Origin: Parasitella parasitica NRRL 2501
Lineage: Eukaryota; Fungi; Mucoromycota
Assembly (NCBI GenBank): GCA_025201805.1
Contig: MU619355.1
Coordinates: 34,830 to 98,373 of the forward strand
Direction: 5' to 3'
DNA: 63,544 bases
The notes below the pieces were generated by a model. That model ran no database searches. It was given only the letters and a program-made list of their open reading frames with translations, and was not told where the DNA came from. Shown in pieces: positions 1 through 11,716 of this stretch. A program made the translations under genes and the position numbers. Position 1 is the first letter of the stretch, and every line of letters starts with the position of its first letter.

Positions 1-42
<42 letters not shown>

Positions 43-946
43 GCAACAGCAGCAGCAGCAAGAACAGCAGCAGCAGGAGCAACGGAACGAGACACCCGTT
101 ACAAGAGAAGAAAAGCCGACTGTAACTTCTTCATCCTCGTCCTCCTCATTCTTCCGCTTCTTCAAATCATCAAATAACAATAGCAACGCCAACTCTAAAA
201 ATTCGTCATCTGCCTCCTCCGTTGCCTCTGTTAATGCACCATCTCCTATTGTGAAGCGCAATGACGCTGTAAATAACCTGCCGCCTCCATCCCCTCCAGT
301 TCGCCAGCAAACCTTGCCTCCACCGCCGTCGCAGCAACATCAGCAGCCGATCAAACCAAACCATATCCAACCACGTGCAATTCAACAACAACAACAGGAA
401 GACGAGGAGGATGAGGAACCGGAAGAGCCAGAGGAGCAATTCACCGTCATTGAGGACGAAGCAACAAGAGCGTTTGCAGAAGATAACGTAATCTCATTCA
501 AGCCTACATTGCTGAACTATAGATCTATCTCGCCTGAATTGGCCATGGACGCATTAAAAATTGACACTCGTATTGTCACCAATGCAGTGCACAAGAGACT
601 ATTGCCATCTATCAGTACGCCTACAAATAACATGGAGGATCCATGGTCAAATCTAATCATTCAGCCAACAGTGGAGCCATCAATAAGCTCGCCATTAGTA
701 GTGAGGGAACAGGACATTGAACCGCAAAAAAGAAGTGCGTTCGCAGACCTGATCAACAGCTGGAACACAGGCAAATCCAATAATGAAGAATACCCTACTC
801 AAGATCCTAAAGAGTTTTTTGAGCATGTCGCAGCAGAACGACGTGACATTGGCTTTGCTGGAATTCACGGTCAGGACGACGATGATCAGAAACATCACTC
901 AAGACAACAGCTGGATTATCAAGACGAGATGAACCCATGGAATTAG
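1..946 (+). CDS. 3' part of a Q/P-rich low-complexity hypothetical protein (5' end outside the window)
   Basis: The CAA/CAG poly-Q run at the window start is in frame with the 251..946 ORF. It ends ...EMNPWN* and is followed by AATAAA copies at about 961-975. No domain recognised. Confidence 0.75.
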
Positions 947-1013
947 ATGTTTATTTAAGTAAATAAATAAATAAAAGAAAAAAAAAAAAAAAACAACGCA
1001 CTGTTATATACAT

Positions 1014-1983
1014 TTACAGAGTGTTTGCTCCTCCTTGCTGCTGATACATTTGTAATGTGTGCTCCAATTCTTCCACCTTCATCGAGTAGCTGGTCAACTC
1101 TTGTTGCAAATGTCGAATGTGGTTGACAGATTTACGCAAGATCGCACCTTTGTTTGGTTTATTGTTGGGCCCGAAATTGGAGCCCTCCAGAGCATTTTCC
1201 GGCAGCAGACTGAACAGCTCTTGAATGCGATCATTGATATTATCTCTCCTCCTTCTCTCTACTGCGTTGTGTGATTCTCTTCTTCGTCTTCGCTTTTCCA
1301 CCATTACTTGCATACTACAAAGCATAAATTTTGTTAGATAACCTTGTTGTCTCTCCTCTTCAGCCTTACTTCATCTGCACTTGATAGTCATCTTCAAAGC
1401 TCCTTGCCAGACTGTTGCTTGCTGATGTCCCCGAGGCTCCGTTTTCCAGCGAATCAGTTTGGTGCTGCTCATGACCAACAGCAACATGGAAACTGCTATA
1501 GTCATACATGTTGGCGGGTGCTGACATGGCCAACGCATGGGAAGTCGAATCCAGGCTACTTCCTGGAATAAACATTGGCTGCTGATTGTGATATCCGTTT
1601 TGTAGTGAAGCGTCCGTAGCGGCCGATGAACGACGATGGTCCATAGACGCATTTCCCATAGTAGCTGAGCTAAACGAGCTTCTGTCGTATAACCCAGAGT
1701 TTTGCTGATACTCCAAAAGATCATCATGGTCATTTGGTGAGGCTGCTGACATGGGATGCAATACGTGCTGAGAGAAAGAATTGTCAAAGTCAATACTACT
1801 GCGCTGTTGCTCAGAAACAGGCGGATCTCTCATTACTTGGTGATGGTGCTGCATTTCGATTTCAGCTAAAGGGTGCCGTGAAGGAAAATTTGTATTGCTA
1901 CTACTACTGCTATCGTTATGCAAAGCAGATAGATGATAGGGCGTTGGGTGCCTTAGTCTTAAAGGCTGTTGTTGCTGCGACAT
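1014..1983 (-). CDS. bHLH-Zip transcription factor (MiT/TFE/USF/Rtg3-like), 2 exons (1983-1370, 1314-1014)
   Basis: Basic/HLH motif RRRRRESHNAVERRRRDNINDRIQEL...KPNKGAILRKSVNHIRHLQ followed by a zipper. GTAAGG donor at 1369 and TAG acceptor at 1315 join in frame (QM-N-MQVMVEK). Confidence 0.92.
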
Positions 1984-2844
1984 TTTTGTATTCAAGAATG
2001 AAAAGGAAAAAGAAAGAAAAGCTGGAGATGAGGTCCCTTTTTTTTTTATACATTTTTCCCCACACACAAGACGACATGCACTAATAAACTATCAAAGGTC
2101 TCACTGAAAAAAACCGCCCCCCCCCCCAAGAGGCCATGGGAGCACCAATCAACGCACTCTTTAATGCTCTTTGTTGGCTTGTTATCTTATTGGCTTGCTA
2201 CTGTATCTTATTGGCTGCTTTTATCAATGCTAATGCCTTTAGCTGTATGTACCAAAAAAAACTTTTTGTTGGGATAGACAAGAATTAACGTTAGAGATGC
2301 AAGCATTTTCCTTCGTTTTGACTGCCCGATTTCTTTGTTTTAATACCCTGTTGCATATCCATTGTTATGTTTGCGCATCACACACTTGATTACCTGTCCA
2401 TTTCTCATCTAAATGCCAAGTTCTTTTCTCATTGGTTCTTCTTGAGCTTGACATGTAGCTACTACTATAATCTATAGGCCAAGTTTTTGGTTTAGAACGG
2501 ATATTTTTATTGCCATTCAAACAAAAACAATGGACAAAACAGACGCAAATCAAGTTTACAAGAGGAATATTTCGTAAGCTAGTTTTAGCGATGAATAATG
2601 CGTTTTAAATACATGCTGATATACATTTTTTGTTCAGCGCTTACAAGCAGATGCAGACGATGAATGGGAGCAAGTTCGAATTCAACGATCACCTGGATTA
2701 GAAGTGATTCTTTCCTTTTTTTTNNNNNNNNNNNNNNNNNNNNNNNNNNNNNNNNNNNNNNNNNNNNNNNNNNNNNNNNNNNNNNNNNNNNNNNNNNNNN
2801 NNNNNNNNNNNNNNNNNNNNNNNNNNNNAAAAAAAAAATTGTAA

Positions 2845-3782
2845 AACAAACCCAAAGGAAATTCATGATGATAATGATACGGAAGTTGGAAGGTAGCTTG
2901 AAGGATGGGTATGCAGGCCATAGAATTGATAATGATACCTATAAAAATAATCCAATTTATACGGAAACAGTATAAATACAATTCACGTGTTAATACTATA
3001 GCTAGTATGAATATAATCACTCTTCAATGTCAATCACTCGACGAGCTTTAGGTGTAAAACTTTTCACGTTGAGATGTCCATTGCATTTAGGTACACTACA
3101 AAGTAGTTTTTTTCCATTGCCCGTCAAATATTGTGGAAATCACAGAAACATTCTAGGTCTATGTAAATCATTAGATTTTGATGCTTGATTCCCTTGCAGA
3201 GCAAAACTTGGACATGCACTGGAGACCCAGAAGGTCTTGCCAACTGTATATTCTGATGGAGGTTCGCCACGATTGGCAGATCTTCCAAGTCTTTCAAGAA
3301 TTGTTTTAGTCAATTTATCAACAGAGCTACCTTTAACAATTTCAATAAACTCTTCTTCTTCTCTTTCAATAGAGGCACGGTGTAAAGATTATCGTTGTCC
3401 TCTTGGATATCATCACTTTCCTCGTAGTCCAGAGGTCCACAGGCGCCATTTTCTTCTTGGCTTCTTGAGGATAAGAAATCTGCATTACCTGCAGTTGAGT
3501 TTTTCTTTATTAGAATACATGAGAGCTTTAACACTTTTTGATTGTCTACAAAATGCTCACCTACTTCTGGAGAAAACGTAGGCATAGTTGAAAATTCACT
3601 AATACTTGAAAATTTAGCAGAATTGGAGTTTCCAGAGTAAATTTCTTGAGTTGACTTTTTTTTTTTTTTGAATGAATGAATGAATGAATGAATGCATCCA
3701 TTATTTTTTGTGATGAATCTTTTTTTGGTTTATTTTTAGAGCCTGCAAGACGGCCACGACTTTTGCCTGTAAATTCTGCCAT
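2845..3782 (-). pseudogene. Decayed DUF6729-like (transposon-associated) gene relic
   Basis: Manual minus-strand translation of 3240-3020 gives KTFWVSSACPSFAL...DLHRPRMFL*FPQYL...LLCSVPKCNGHLNVKSFTPKARRVIDIE, and near 2900 ILQATFQLPYHYHHEFP. It has frameshifts and an in-frame TGA where Trp is expected. Family call is from motif memory. Confidence 0.55.
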
Positions 3783-4231
3783 TGTAAAGAGATTCTAAAG
3801 ACGTTGTCCAAAAGTAAAGCTTTCGTAAATTTATATATTTAAGCGTTTTATTCAAAATTTGTGCATATTTTGAATCTTTCCAAGTGAGATAGTAAATAAA
3901 CCAAACCAACGCTTATTTTATACACTTTGTGTGCCTCTCGCTTCATGGGGTTTGGGACAGCGCATCACAATTGACGATTTGATGTTGTATTTCATGATCC
4001 AGGAGAGACATGATTTTAATTGAAAAATTTGAAACCCAATAACCTCGTTTTGAGCATATCCATTGGCCGTTTAGAATTTATTGCTCAATCTTATTGGCTT
4101 AAAAACCGCATTTAAACCCAATAACCTGTATATTAGAGGTTATGATTGGATTAGAGGACCCCACTTCAGAGCAAAATCCGTCATACTGTGTGATTTTGAG
4201 ATTCTTTGCAAGTGAACACATATCAGTGGCG

Positions 4232-5624
4232 ATGAGTAAAATTACTACTATTATTATTGATTCTGACGATGATGATGGTTTTGTAGAAATATTAGAAAAG
4301 GCTTCCACCACAAAGCTTTCTGTACCAGCAAAGGAAATTCATACCAAACAGTCTAATGAAGTTGCATTTCAACAAGCAACTAAACGTGGATCTGTAAACG
4401 CTCCAGCGTTGAGCAGAGCTTCTTCGATCCCAACTTCTTCGAATGTAAACATTATCTCTAGAATGAGGAAACCAACGTCTCCTGATCATTCTTCAAAAGT
4501 AGCGCCATCTCCAAAGCCTGTGCAGACAAATCCTTTCCAAACAAAATCTATACCAAAAAGACCTATCATTTCACCTAAACATCCACTTCATCCTTCTCCC
4601 ACTATCAACTTGCCACAAGAATCACCACGACGATCAAAATCTATGTCAAGGATGATTAGTTCACCAAACCTAATACCTGCACCTGTGGTTATTTATTCAA
4701 CTGGCGGAACATCAGAAACCATAATGCCATTAGACAGTGTAAACAAGATGTTCCAGAGAGACGCGAGGTCCGTAACATTAGAAAAAGCAACTGAACATGC
4801 CTCAGGTCTATTGAAAAGCTCATCTTTGGTTGCTAAATCGAAAAAATTTGAAATTGACAGCGAGTTGGCAGCCATTTTCGCTCATACTCATGAGCCATCT
4901 TTTTCAATCGAGAAAAGCTCGAGCCAAATACCAAAGCCTTTTCCGTTGCGAGCTGATAAAAAGCCTACTATTTCATCATCGCCGACGAGGCCATCAATAC
5001 CTAACAATAGCTCAGAAGGATTACGGAGAGGAAGCAGCCTGTTTTCACCAAATTCATTAAATTCCCTGCCTGCGCCAACCCGCCAAAGACCCATTGATTC
5101 TCGACAGGATGCTTCTCCATTTCGTAGGCCAATATTTGACAAAAAGAAGATTATATATGACATCTACGACGAAGATGGCGAGGAAGAAAATCTGGAATCA
5201 TATATTAACCACGTAAGCAGTAGAAGAAAATTATTTCATGATGGACTTCAGGTAAAACCAATTTCTTTCAAACCAGTAATTACACCAACTGAGCTATTTC
5301 ATGTGATAGGAAGAAGAGAAACGCCAAATAGGCAATAAGCAGTGTCCATTATGTTACATGATGTTTCCAAAGCAGGAAATTGACAATCACGCATTCAACT
5401 GCAATGGTAAACCCAGTGAAAAGGGCCTGAAAAAGAAGACGATAGGTGCAGCTGTTGCTCGAAACGCTGCAGAGAGGAAAAGGAAGAATACTGGAATACA
5501 AGACACCGGACCTACCAACTATTATGCCGATTCAGAAGGTGCTTTAGCTTTAGATGGAACAGGATTTGGAAGTGAAGCAACCGGTCTAACCTGGGAGTCC
5601 GCAGGCCAGATTCGTTATGCTTGA
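4232..5624 (+). CDS. Disordered S/P-rich protein with an N-terminal SIM-like motif and a C-terminal UBZ4 (Rad18-type)-like zinc finger; 2 exons (4232-5251, 5310-5624)
   Basis: GT at 5252 and AG at 5309 join the frames to give KQCPLCYMMFPKQEIDNHAFNC (CxxC-x11-H-x3-C). N-terminus reads TIIIDSDDDD. Confidence 0.8.
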
Positions 5625-5844
5625 TATTTTTTGGGTTTCCTTTGCCTTCATGTAAATAAATTTCTTGATCCCATATCGTAAAGATACGCAACGACGATTG
5701 GAATATTAGCGGAGCATCTGTGTTGCACTGAGAACTCGATGTTCTTTGTATCACATTGAATATGCTAAGCAAGAGAGAGGTGATTAGTATAAATCAGCAA
5801 GGCAATTGTTTGATCTTTTCTATCGCACTCTTTAAACTGGAAAA

Positions 5845-6618
5845 ATGTGGCCTTTAATTATCAAGCTTTTAATGAATCCCAACATTGCATTTGCGCCACT
5901 TGGTATCTGGCTCTTCTTTGGATCAGTAATGCTATTTTCTCTCGCAAAGTCTTCAACATATCGTAATCCTGTTTCATACGCTGCTCTTGTTGGTGGTCTT
6001 GCTGGAGTCGTTGCATCCGTGTTTCCTGTCTTGATGATATATGAAATCGTCAACAGTCAGCCTGCCTTTTATATCTTTTACGGTATTTATAGCGCTTACA
6101 CCTATGTTCCTGCTATCGTTGCGTTTCATATGTTTGAAAAGAGGACAAAAAACAGTGAAGGAGGCAAGTATTCGATTTTCCTAGGTTTCACTTGGGCTGC
6201 TGTTTGTATTCTGGCAAGTCTTTCAGTAACGATCATGGCCGCCATTTACAGTACGCAAGAATCAATCGATTTTTCATTGTCAGAACGATTTGCAAATGGC
6301 TTAACATTTTTGCTTTTGATGGGCTGGGGTTTTATTGCTGTCAATCTTTTATTGTTAGTGATATACTTCCAGCATTTGAATCGAGGATATGCTCGCATGT
6401 CCTTTATAGCATACACCATACTGAATATTATGTCTGCAGTAGCATTCACTGTTCTTTCATTTGCACCTCTGGAACCTGATTACAATTTTGTCGATACATA
6501 TGGCTATTTAACTGTATTTTTGGTTGACTTTCCTACAGCAGCCGCCGTTTTCATCTCTTTCTACATGGGCCATTTCTGGACGGGCAATGCGGAAAATGAC
6601 ATGGCTAGCATTGCATAA
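5845..6618 (+). CDS. Intronless multi-pass (about 7 TM) membrane protein of unknown function
   Basis: 257-aa ORF with about 7 hydrophobic segments. The start could be 5845 or 5872. Confidence 0.8.
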   Translation: MWPLIIKLLMNPNIAFAPLGIWLFFGSVMLFSLAKSSTYRNPVSYAALVGGLAGVVASVFPVLMIYEIVNSQPAFYIFYGIYSAYTYVPAIVAFHMFEKRTKNSEGGKYSIFLGFTWAAVCILASLSVTIMAAIYSTQESIDFSLSERFANGLTFLLLMGWGFIAVNLLLLVIYFQHLNRGYARMSFIAYTILNIMSAVAFTVLSFAPLEPDYNFVDTYGYLTVFLVDFPTAAAVFISFYMGHFWTGNAENDMASIA

Positions 6619-6974
6619 GAAATTACATGAATACAGTAGCTTCGATTTATTTAGATTATTAACCAGGATAAAATGAATTAGGTGGACAACGAAAATCAAT
6701 ATTTGCTAAAATTAAAAGAATTTTTTACTTGCAAGCGCTTTTATGGACAATAATGAACGATCTATATAAATATATTAACAGTGTATGGTTTGCATACATT
6801 GCAAGTCTTGATTGTTTTTCCTTTCTTGTTGGTTGTGACAATTTTAGTTTGCAGGCATTATTCATGAAATCCCCGTATCCTCATTGTAACAGTGCTGCTT
6901 CACTAGCCATTAAAAGTATTATGATGTGACGTAAAAGATTGATAGATATTTATTAGCAAGTTTAATAGATTACA

Positions 6975-8380
6975 TTAAAACTCGGCCCAAAGAGCATCGA
7001 ATTGACATTGAAATTCCTTGATGCAGACGGGAATATTGGTGATCAACACATTCTCTCTATTCTTGAACCTAGCACTATATTTCAATTGTTTTAGAAAGAG
7101 TAACACATTGCAACCAGCTAAACCTACCCTTTGGACCAGTTGAAGCTGCCATTGATGAGTGTTGCACTGTCGATAATAGCAAACTTATTATGCATGTAGC
7201 CGGTTCTAAAAAAAAAAAGGCATGTATGAGATAATGAGCTCATGCTATATAAATAACAGAAAGCAACTTACGTATTGTCTGTCTTGAATGGAATGCCGTA
7301 CGACTCTTGCAGTCTCTTTGCATCAGCGCCCTTGCCAGCAGCCTGTTGATTATCCGTGATGATTTTAATAGCTACACCACGCTTCTTGGCAGAAATTAAT
7401 GCATTAGCTACATCATCGTCTGTGAATGCAAAAACACAAATATCGATTGTCTTGGTTGCTGAATGCAGGACTGACAAAAAGGCCTATGTATGGCACAAGC
7501 TACGGTTAGTTGCGTTTCACGAAATGACTGTGTACATTACATTAAAACTGTCTTTGGAAGGGAAAAAGAACGCCCTTGCAAAGTAATCGCCAGACAGCAC
7601 AGGAGCAGAGCTTGATTTAAACTTGGGATCAATATTCTCGAGTTCAGCAAAATATTTCTGGAGCGCCTTTGGGCCTGCGCCTTCTTTAATGAGAGGAATG
7701 ACGGCATCTTTGGAGCTCTTTGGAGGAGAAGGAGGCACAACTTGATCTTGATTTTTCTTTTTGCGAGGTGCCTTGGCAGGAGCTGAGTCCTTCCTGCTCT
7801 TTCTTGAAGGAAGTGGTTTTGAAGGAACAACGCCATCATCAATGGAAGGGACATAATCGTCATCGGAACTTCCTATTAAATCATATCTCTCTCCATCATC
7901 CTCTTCCCAAGAAACATCAGTTTCTAGCTCATATTCTTCTTCTTCCTCTTTCTGTTGCTTCTTGTTCTTTTTTGCTGACGATGGGGCTGGCTGTTTGGGC
8001 AATTTGGGATTGGGAGCAGGCTTTTGAGTATAGCCATTGTTTTTTGCCTTCTCTGGATCTAAGCAAAACTCGATGGCGGTAGATACGCAAACTTGAAGCC
8101 AATCAATTAAGGCACGCTCGCGATCCAAATGACAGGCACCTGAAGCGCTTTTGAATATATCATTGACCATTCGCGCAGTGTTACTAGGACTATTGCTCTT
8201 GGCTGAGACAAGCTTGGCAAACTCTTTGGTAGCATCAGTTTTGAGTCCATGATCATTTTTAATGCTTGCTGATGACTTCATAGAGACATCTAGGAATTGA
8301 GTGAAATTGCCAGTTTTCAAATCGGATATATGAAGAGAGGGGGGCTTCGGTACACATAGTAATTGGTATAGTTGGTCCAT
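6975..8380 (-). CDS. PLD-superfamily single-HKD nuclease/phospholipase (PLD6/Zucchini/Nuc-like); 4 exons (8380-7541, 7483-7272, 7205-7128, 7074-6975)
   Basis: The spliced product contains TIDICVFAFTDDDVANAL...RGVAIKIITD...MHNKFAIIDSATLINGSFNWS...NRENVLI...FDALW*, i.e. HxKxxxxD-x6-GSxN. All three introns are canonical GT-AG and phase-consistent. Confidence 0.92.
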
Positions 8381-8722
8381 TTTTCAAGATATGAAGAAGG
8401 GTATAGTGTATGTTTAAAGATGAAAAAGGGATCGAATGCACCTGGCAACTCCATTTATATACGGTTTCCAAATAGAGCTCCGGTTTGTGTTTTGATTAAA
8501 TTCATTTTGGGATTTTGCACTATAAATTTGTGTGTTGGTAGGAAAATACTAAGGTGAAGAGAGCCTAAAAATTACGATTGATGAATGCCGAGCAGCATGC
8601 AAACTGCATCTAGTACGATACAACTCTGTATAAAACAGGTCGTATAAAAACATAAAAACATAAAAACATAAAATAATAGAATAATAAAAAAAATAAACAA
8701 AAAAAACCTCTTGCACATTGGC

Positions 8723-8886
8723 TTTCCATCATTGGGAGCAAGCGTATTCACATTTACAGCAACAGCGTCAAATAAAACGGCTTTTCATACATCCACACTA
8801 ACGATAATTTGTGTACCGATAATTGAAAAGGTTACGCAACAGAGCGATGAACGAAGATGATGCATGCTGCTCCCCAATCATGGAAA
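8723..8886. repeat. Imperfect inverted repeat / long hairpin
   Basis: TTTCCATCATTGGGAGCA (8723-8740) pairs with TGCTCCCCAATCATGGAAA (8868-8886), with an inner CTTTTCA/TGAAAAG pair. Confidence 0.6.
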
Positions 8887-9079
8887 TCATTCATAATCGT
8901 TACGATAATCTATAGTTCAGTGGCAATAAATGTTCGACCTACAATACATGCAGAAAAAAGGAATATTATGACATGAAAATTAGATGTATTCGAGTATTAT
9001 CAAGCTGATACATAAAAATAAAATGGAAGAAATGGGTGATTACATAAGAGAAAGTATAATGAAATACAATACAAAGGCC

Positions 9080-9799
9080 TTAAACTGTATTGTATGCAGC
9101 AAACAAGAGCACTAATAAACCACTTGCTAATGTCCAATTTACTGACTCCTGCGCTGCTTGGACACCGTTACCATGGTAAGCAAATATAGACCCACCAGAG
9201 CTCGAAGGGTGTGGTTTGTTTGGATTTGTAGACATCGTAGTAACTGGAGCTGCATATGGTCGAACTGTAATAGGCACCGATGTATTCGATTTTGAAATAG
9301 AATCTACAAATAGGACGACGTAATTACCAGCCAATGTATTATTTGGGATGGCATACTGTTTTACAAAAAAAAAAAAAAAAAGTGTGAGTTATATGTACTA
9401 TGTATCGTTGAATGACCTGATCTTACACTTAATTGATGCTCATAGTAAACCATTGTGTTATGAGTTCTTCTAAAGCTAAAACCTTGAGATATATCAGCGT
9501 TTGAAGTAATCACGATATCTGTAAAATTGAGAGCGGGATCTTGAGTAGTAAATAGCACTGATAAAGATAGCACTATATGATTGTCAATTTTTGATTCCAA
9601 AATATCGATATGTTCGCTTACAATTGGGTAAATTAGCATCATCGGGCAGAGTATAACTAATGGGTAGCATTTGTCCGGCTACATAGGGTGCATTTGGCTC
9701 TGGCAGTGTCACATTGTAATTATGAGATGGAGATGGGACATCTGCCTTGACAAGACCAAGTATTACAAGGTATATAAAAGTTGGAATAATTCCCTTCAT
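9080..9799 (-). CDS. Small secreted, probably GPI-anchored cell-surface protein (beta-rich N-domain plus S/T/P linker); 3 exons
   Basis: Signal peptide MKGIIPTFIYLVILGLVKA, several N-x-S/T sites and a hydrophobic C-terminus (WTLASGLLVLLFAAYNTV*). Introns at about 9623-9571 and 9415-9358. Confidence 0.85.
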
Positions 9800-11716
9800 A
9801 TAGAGAATAGTAAAAGATATTTTAGAGAAAGAGAAAGAAGGTAAATTCAAAAGAGATTGAGGGGAGAGAGAATATTAGAGAGAAGGAGAGCTCACATTTC
9901 TTTTAAATAAACAACAATGTGCATTTGTATATACAGACACAGAAAAGGGTCCCTGGGACTCCTGCATTTCGCTTTTTATTTATAATACACAGAGCTGTTG
10001 ATTTTATGCACCTTGTGTATGTGATTCGCTTTAAACAGCTTTGTATATGATTTTCAATTTTTGGTGCGACATATAAGAATAATAGATATAATGGCATATT
10101 TTTTTATCATATAATATAAAAGAAATCCCACGAGTGCAATATTTATTAGTTATCATTGTATTTAATCCATACTTGAACAGAATAAAAGTAGTAAAAGCTG
10201 AGAAATTTGTGTTTCGATGTATGCACGCTTCGCAAGATGTCAACTAGTGGATTGTTTGGTCATGTAACGTATTTTTCTTTCGCAAACACACCCCATGATC
10301 GTTTTACAATCTATCCAAGAGGTGAATTTCTAAAAGGCAATACCAATGTGCAGATAGACAACAATTAAGAAAAATATATTCCTTCATTACTAGGTCATCT
10401 GAAATTTGCGATTGCTCATTGCTCATTGCTCATTGCTCATTTCCCCTAAATACTCCTGAATTGTGATTGCTGAAATTTGATCTGACAGTTTTTGTATATC
10501 ATCGACTGTCTTGGGTATGTTAAAAATTCGTATGTGCACATTTATACACACAAGGTACTAGAGTATTTAATCTTGAGTATCATGTACGGCTGAATTATTT
10601 ATGGCAATAAAAAAAAAGTTTCAGTTGTGCTCATAAAGTGTTTGCTGATCATCCAANNNNNNNNNNAAAAAAAAAAAAAAAAAAAAAAAAACATTTTTTA
10701 GTTACGAAAATATGCTCAAGTAAACCGTTTAAAGTCAAAAGGTAACCTTGTTTACAACTTTTGCGGCGTGATTTATAGCCTTTTGGCACCAAATGGTTTC
10801 TTGGAACTTGAAATCACTATCTGATGCGTATGCACCAAAAAACTTGACGATTTGTAATCAAACAAATTGAAGTCTTGGTTGGTCGAACCCAGAACAGAAA
10901 CAAATAATCGAGCATCAAATTATTTTCGCAGAAATTGAAATGTTTTAGCTAAAGCAAAATACAACATGCCTCATATCATGAGTATTGGTAGGTTAGCGTT
11001 CAAGCACTGTGCTGCGTATATGTTCTGATTTTGGATAATTGAATCTCGAATTACAGCACTAGATGAATAATGTCTACATGTAGATTTAAAGTCAAGGCTT
11101 TTTTTTTTTGGCCCTGGGTGACTTCCATGAAACCCAAAGAAATATTATGAATTAGATCAAAATCAATGACAACCACTTGATAAAGCAGCGTTAATTTCTT
11201 TTGTATGTATATCTGAGTGAGAGATGATAGTTATATATCATACATAGACTTAATAAGCCCATACGGAACGCAAAACTAGAGTTACGATTAAGACGATACT
11301 AAATTCTTTGAAATAAAGAATAGCCAATATTATGAAGTATCTCTTTCCTTTTAACCGAAATTTCATATATAATTGATTAGATGCTCTAAGATTATATACA
11401 ATATGATTTACCCGATTCTTCCGATCTAAATGTGATGATAAAGACATCATGTTTAATTTGAATATTCTACAACAGGTTTACAAATAATTTTATTAAGTTT
11501 TCGATATTACATGTATAAATCAAGTCTGTATGTAGATAAAACGAAATCTAACATTAAAATTATGTTAAAATTTCAATTATATACATGTCACCTAATAGAG
11601 ATGGGGAGTCAGTATAGTCATAGTTAAAGATGAAGGGGGTAGGTTTGGGATGGTATAATACAACAACGTGAAAAGGTGAGGAAAGGTCATGCGAGCACAA
11701 TATAGGAAACCCGCTA

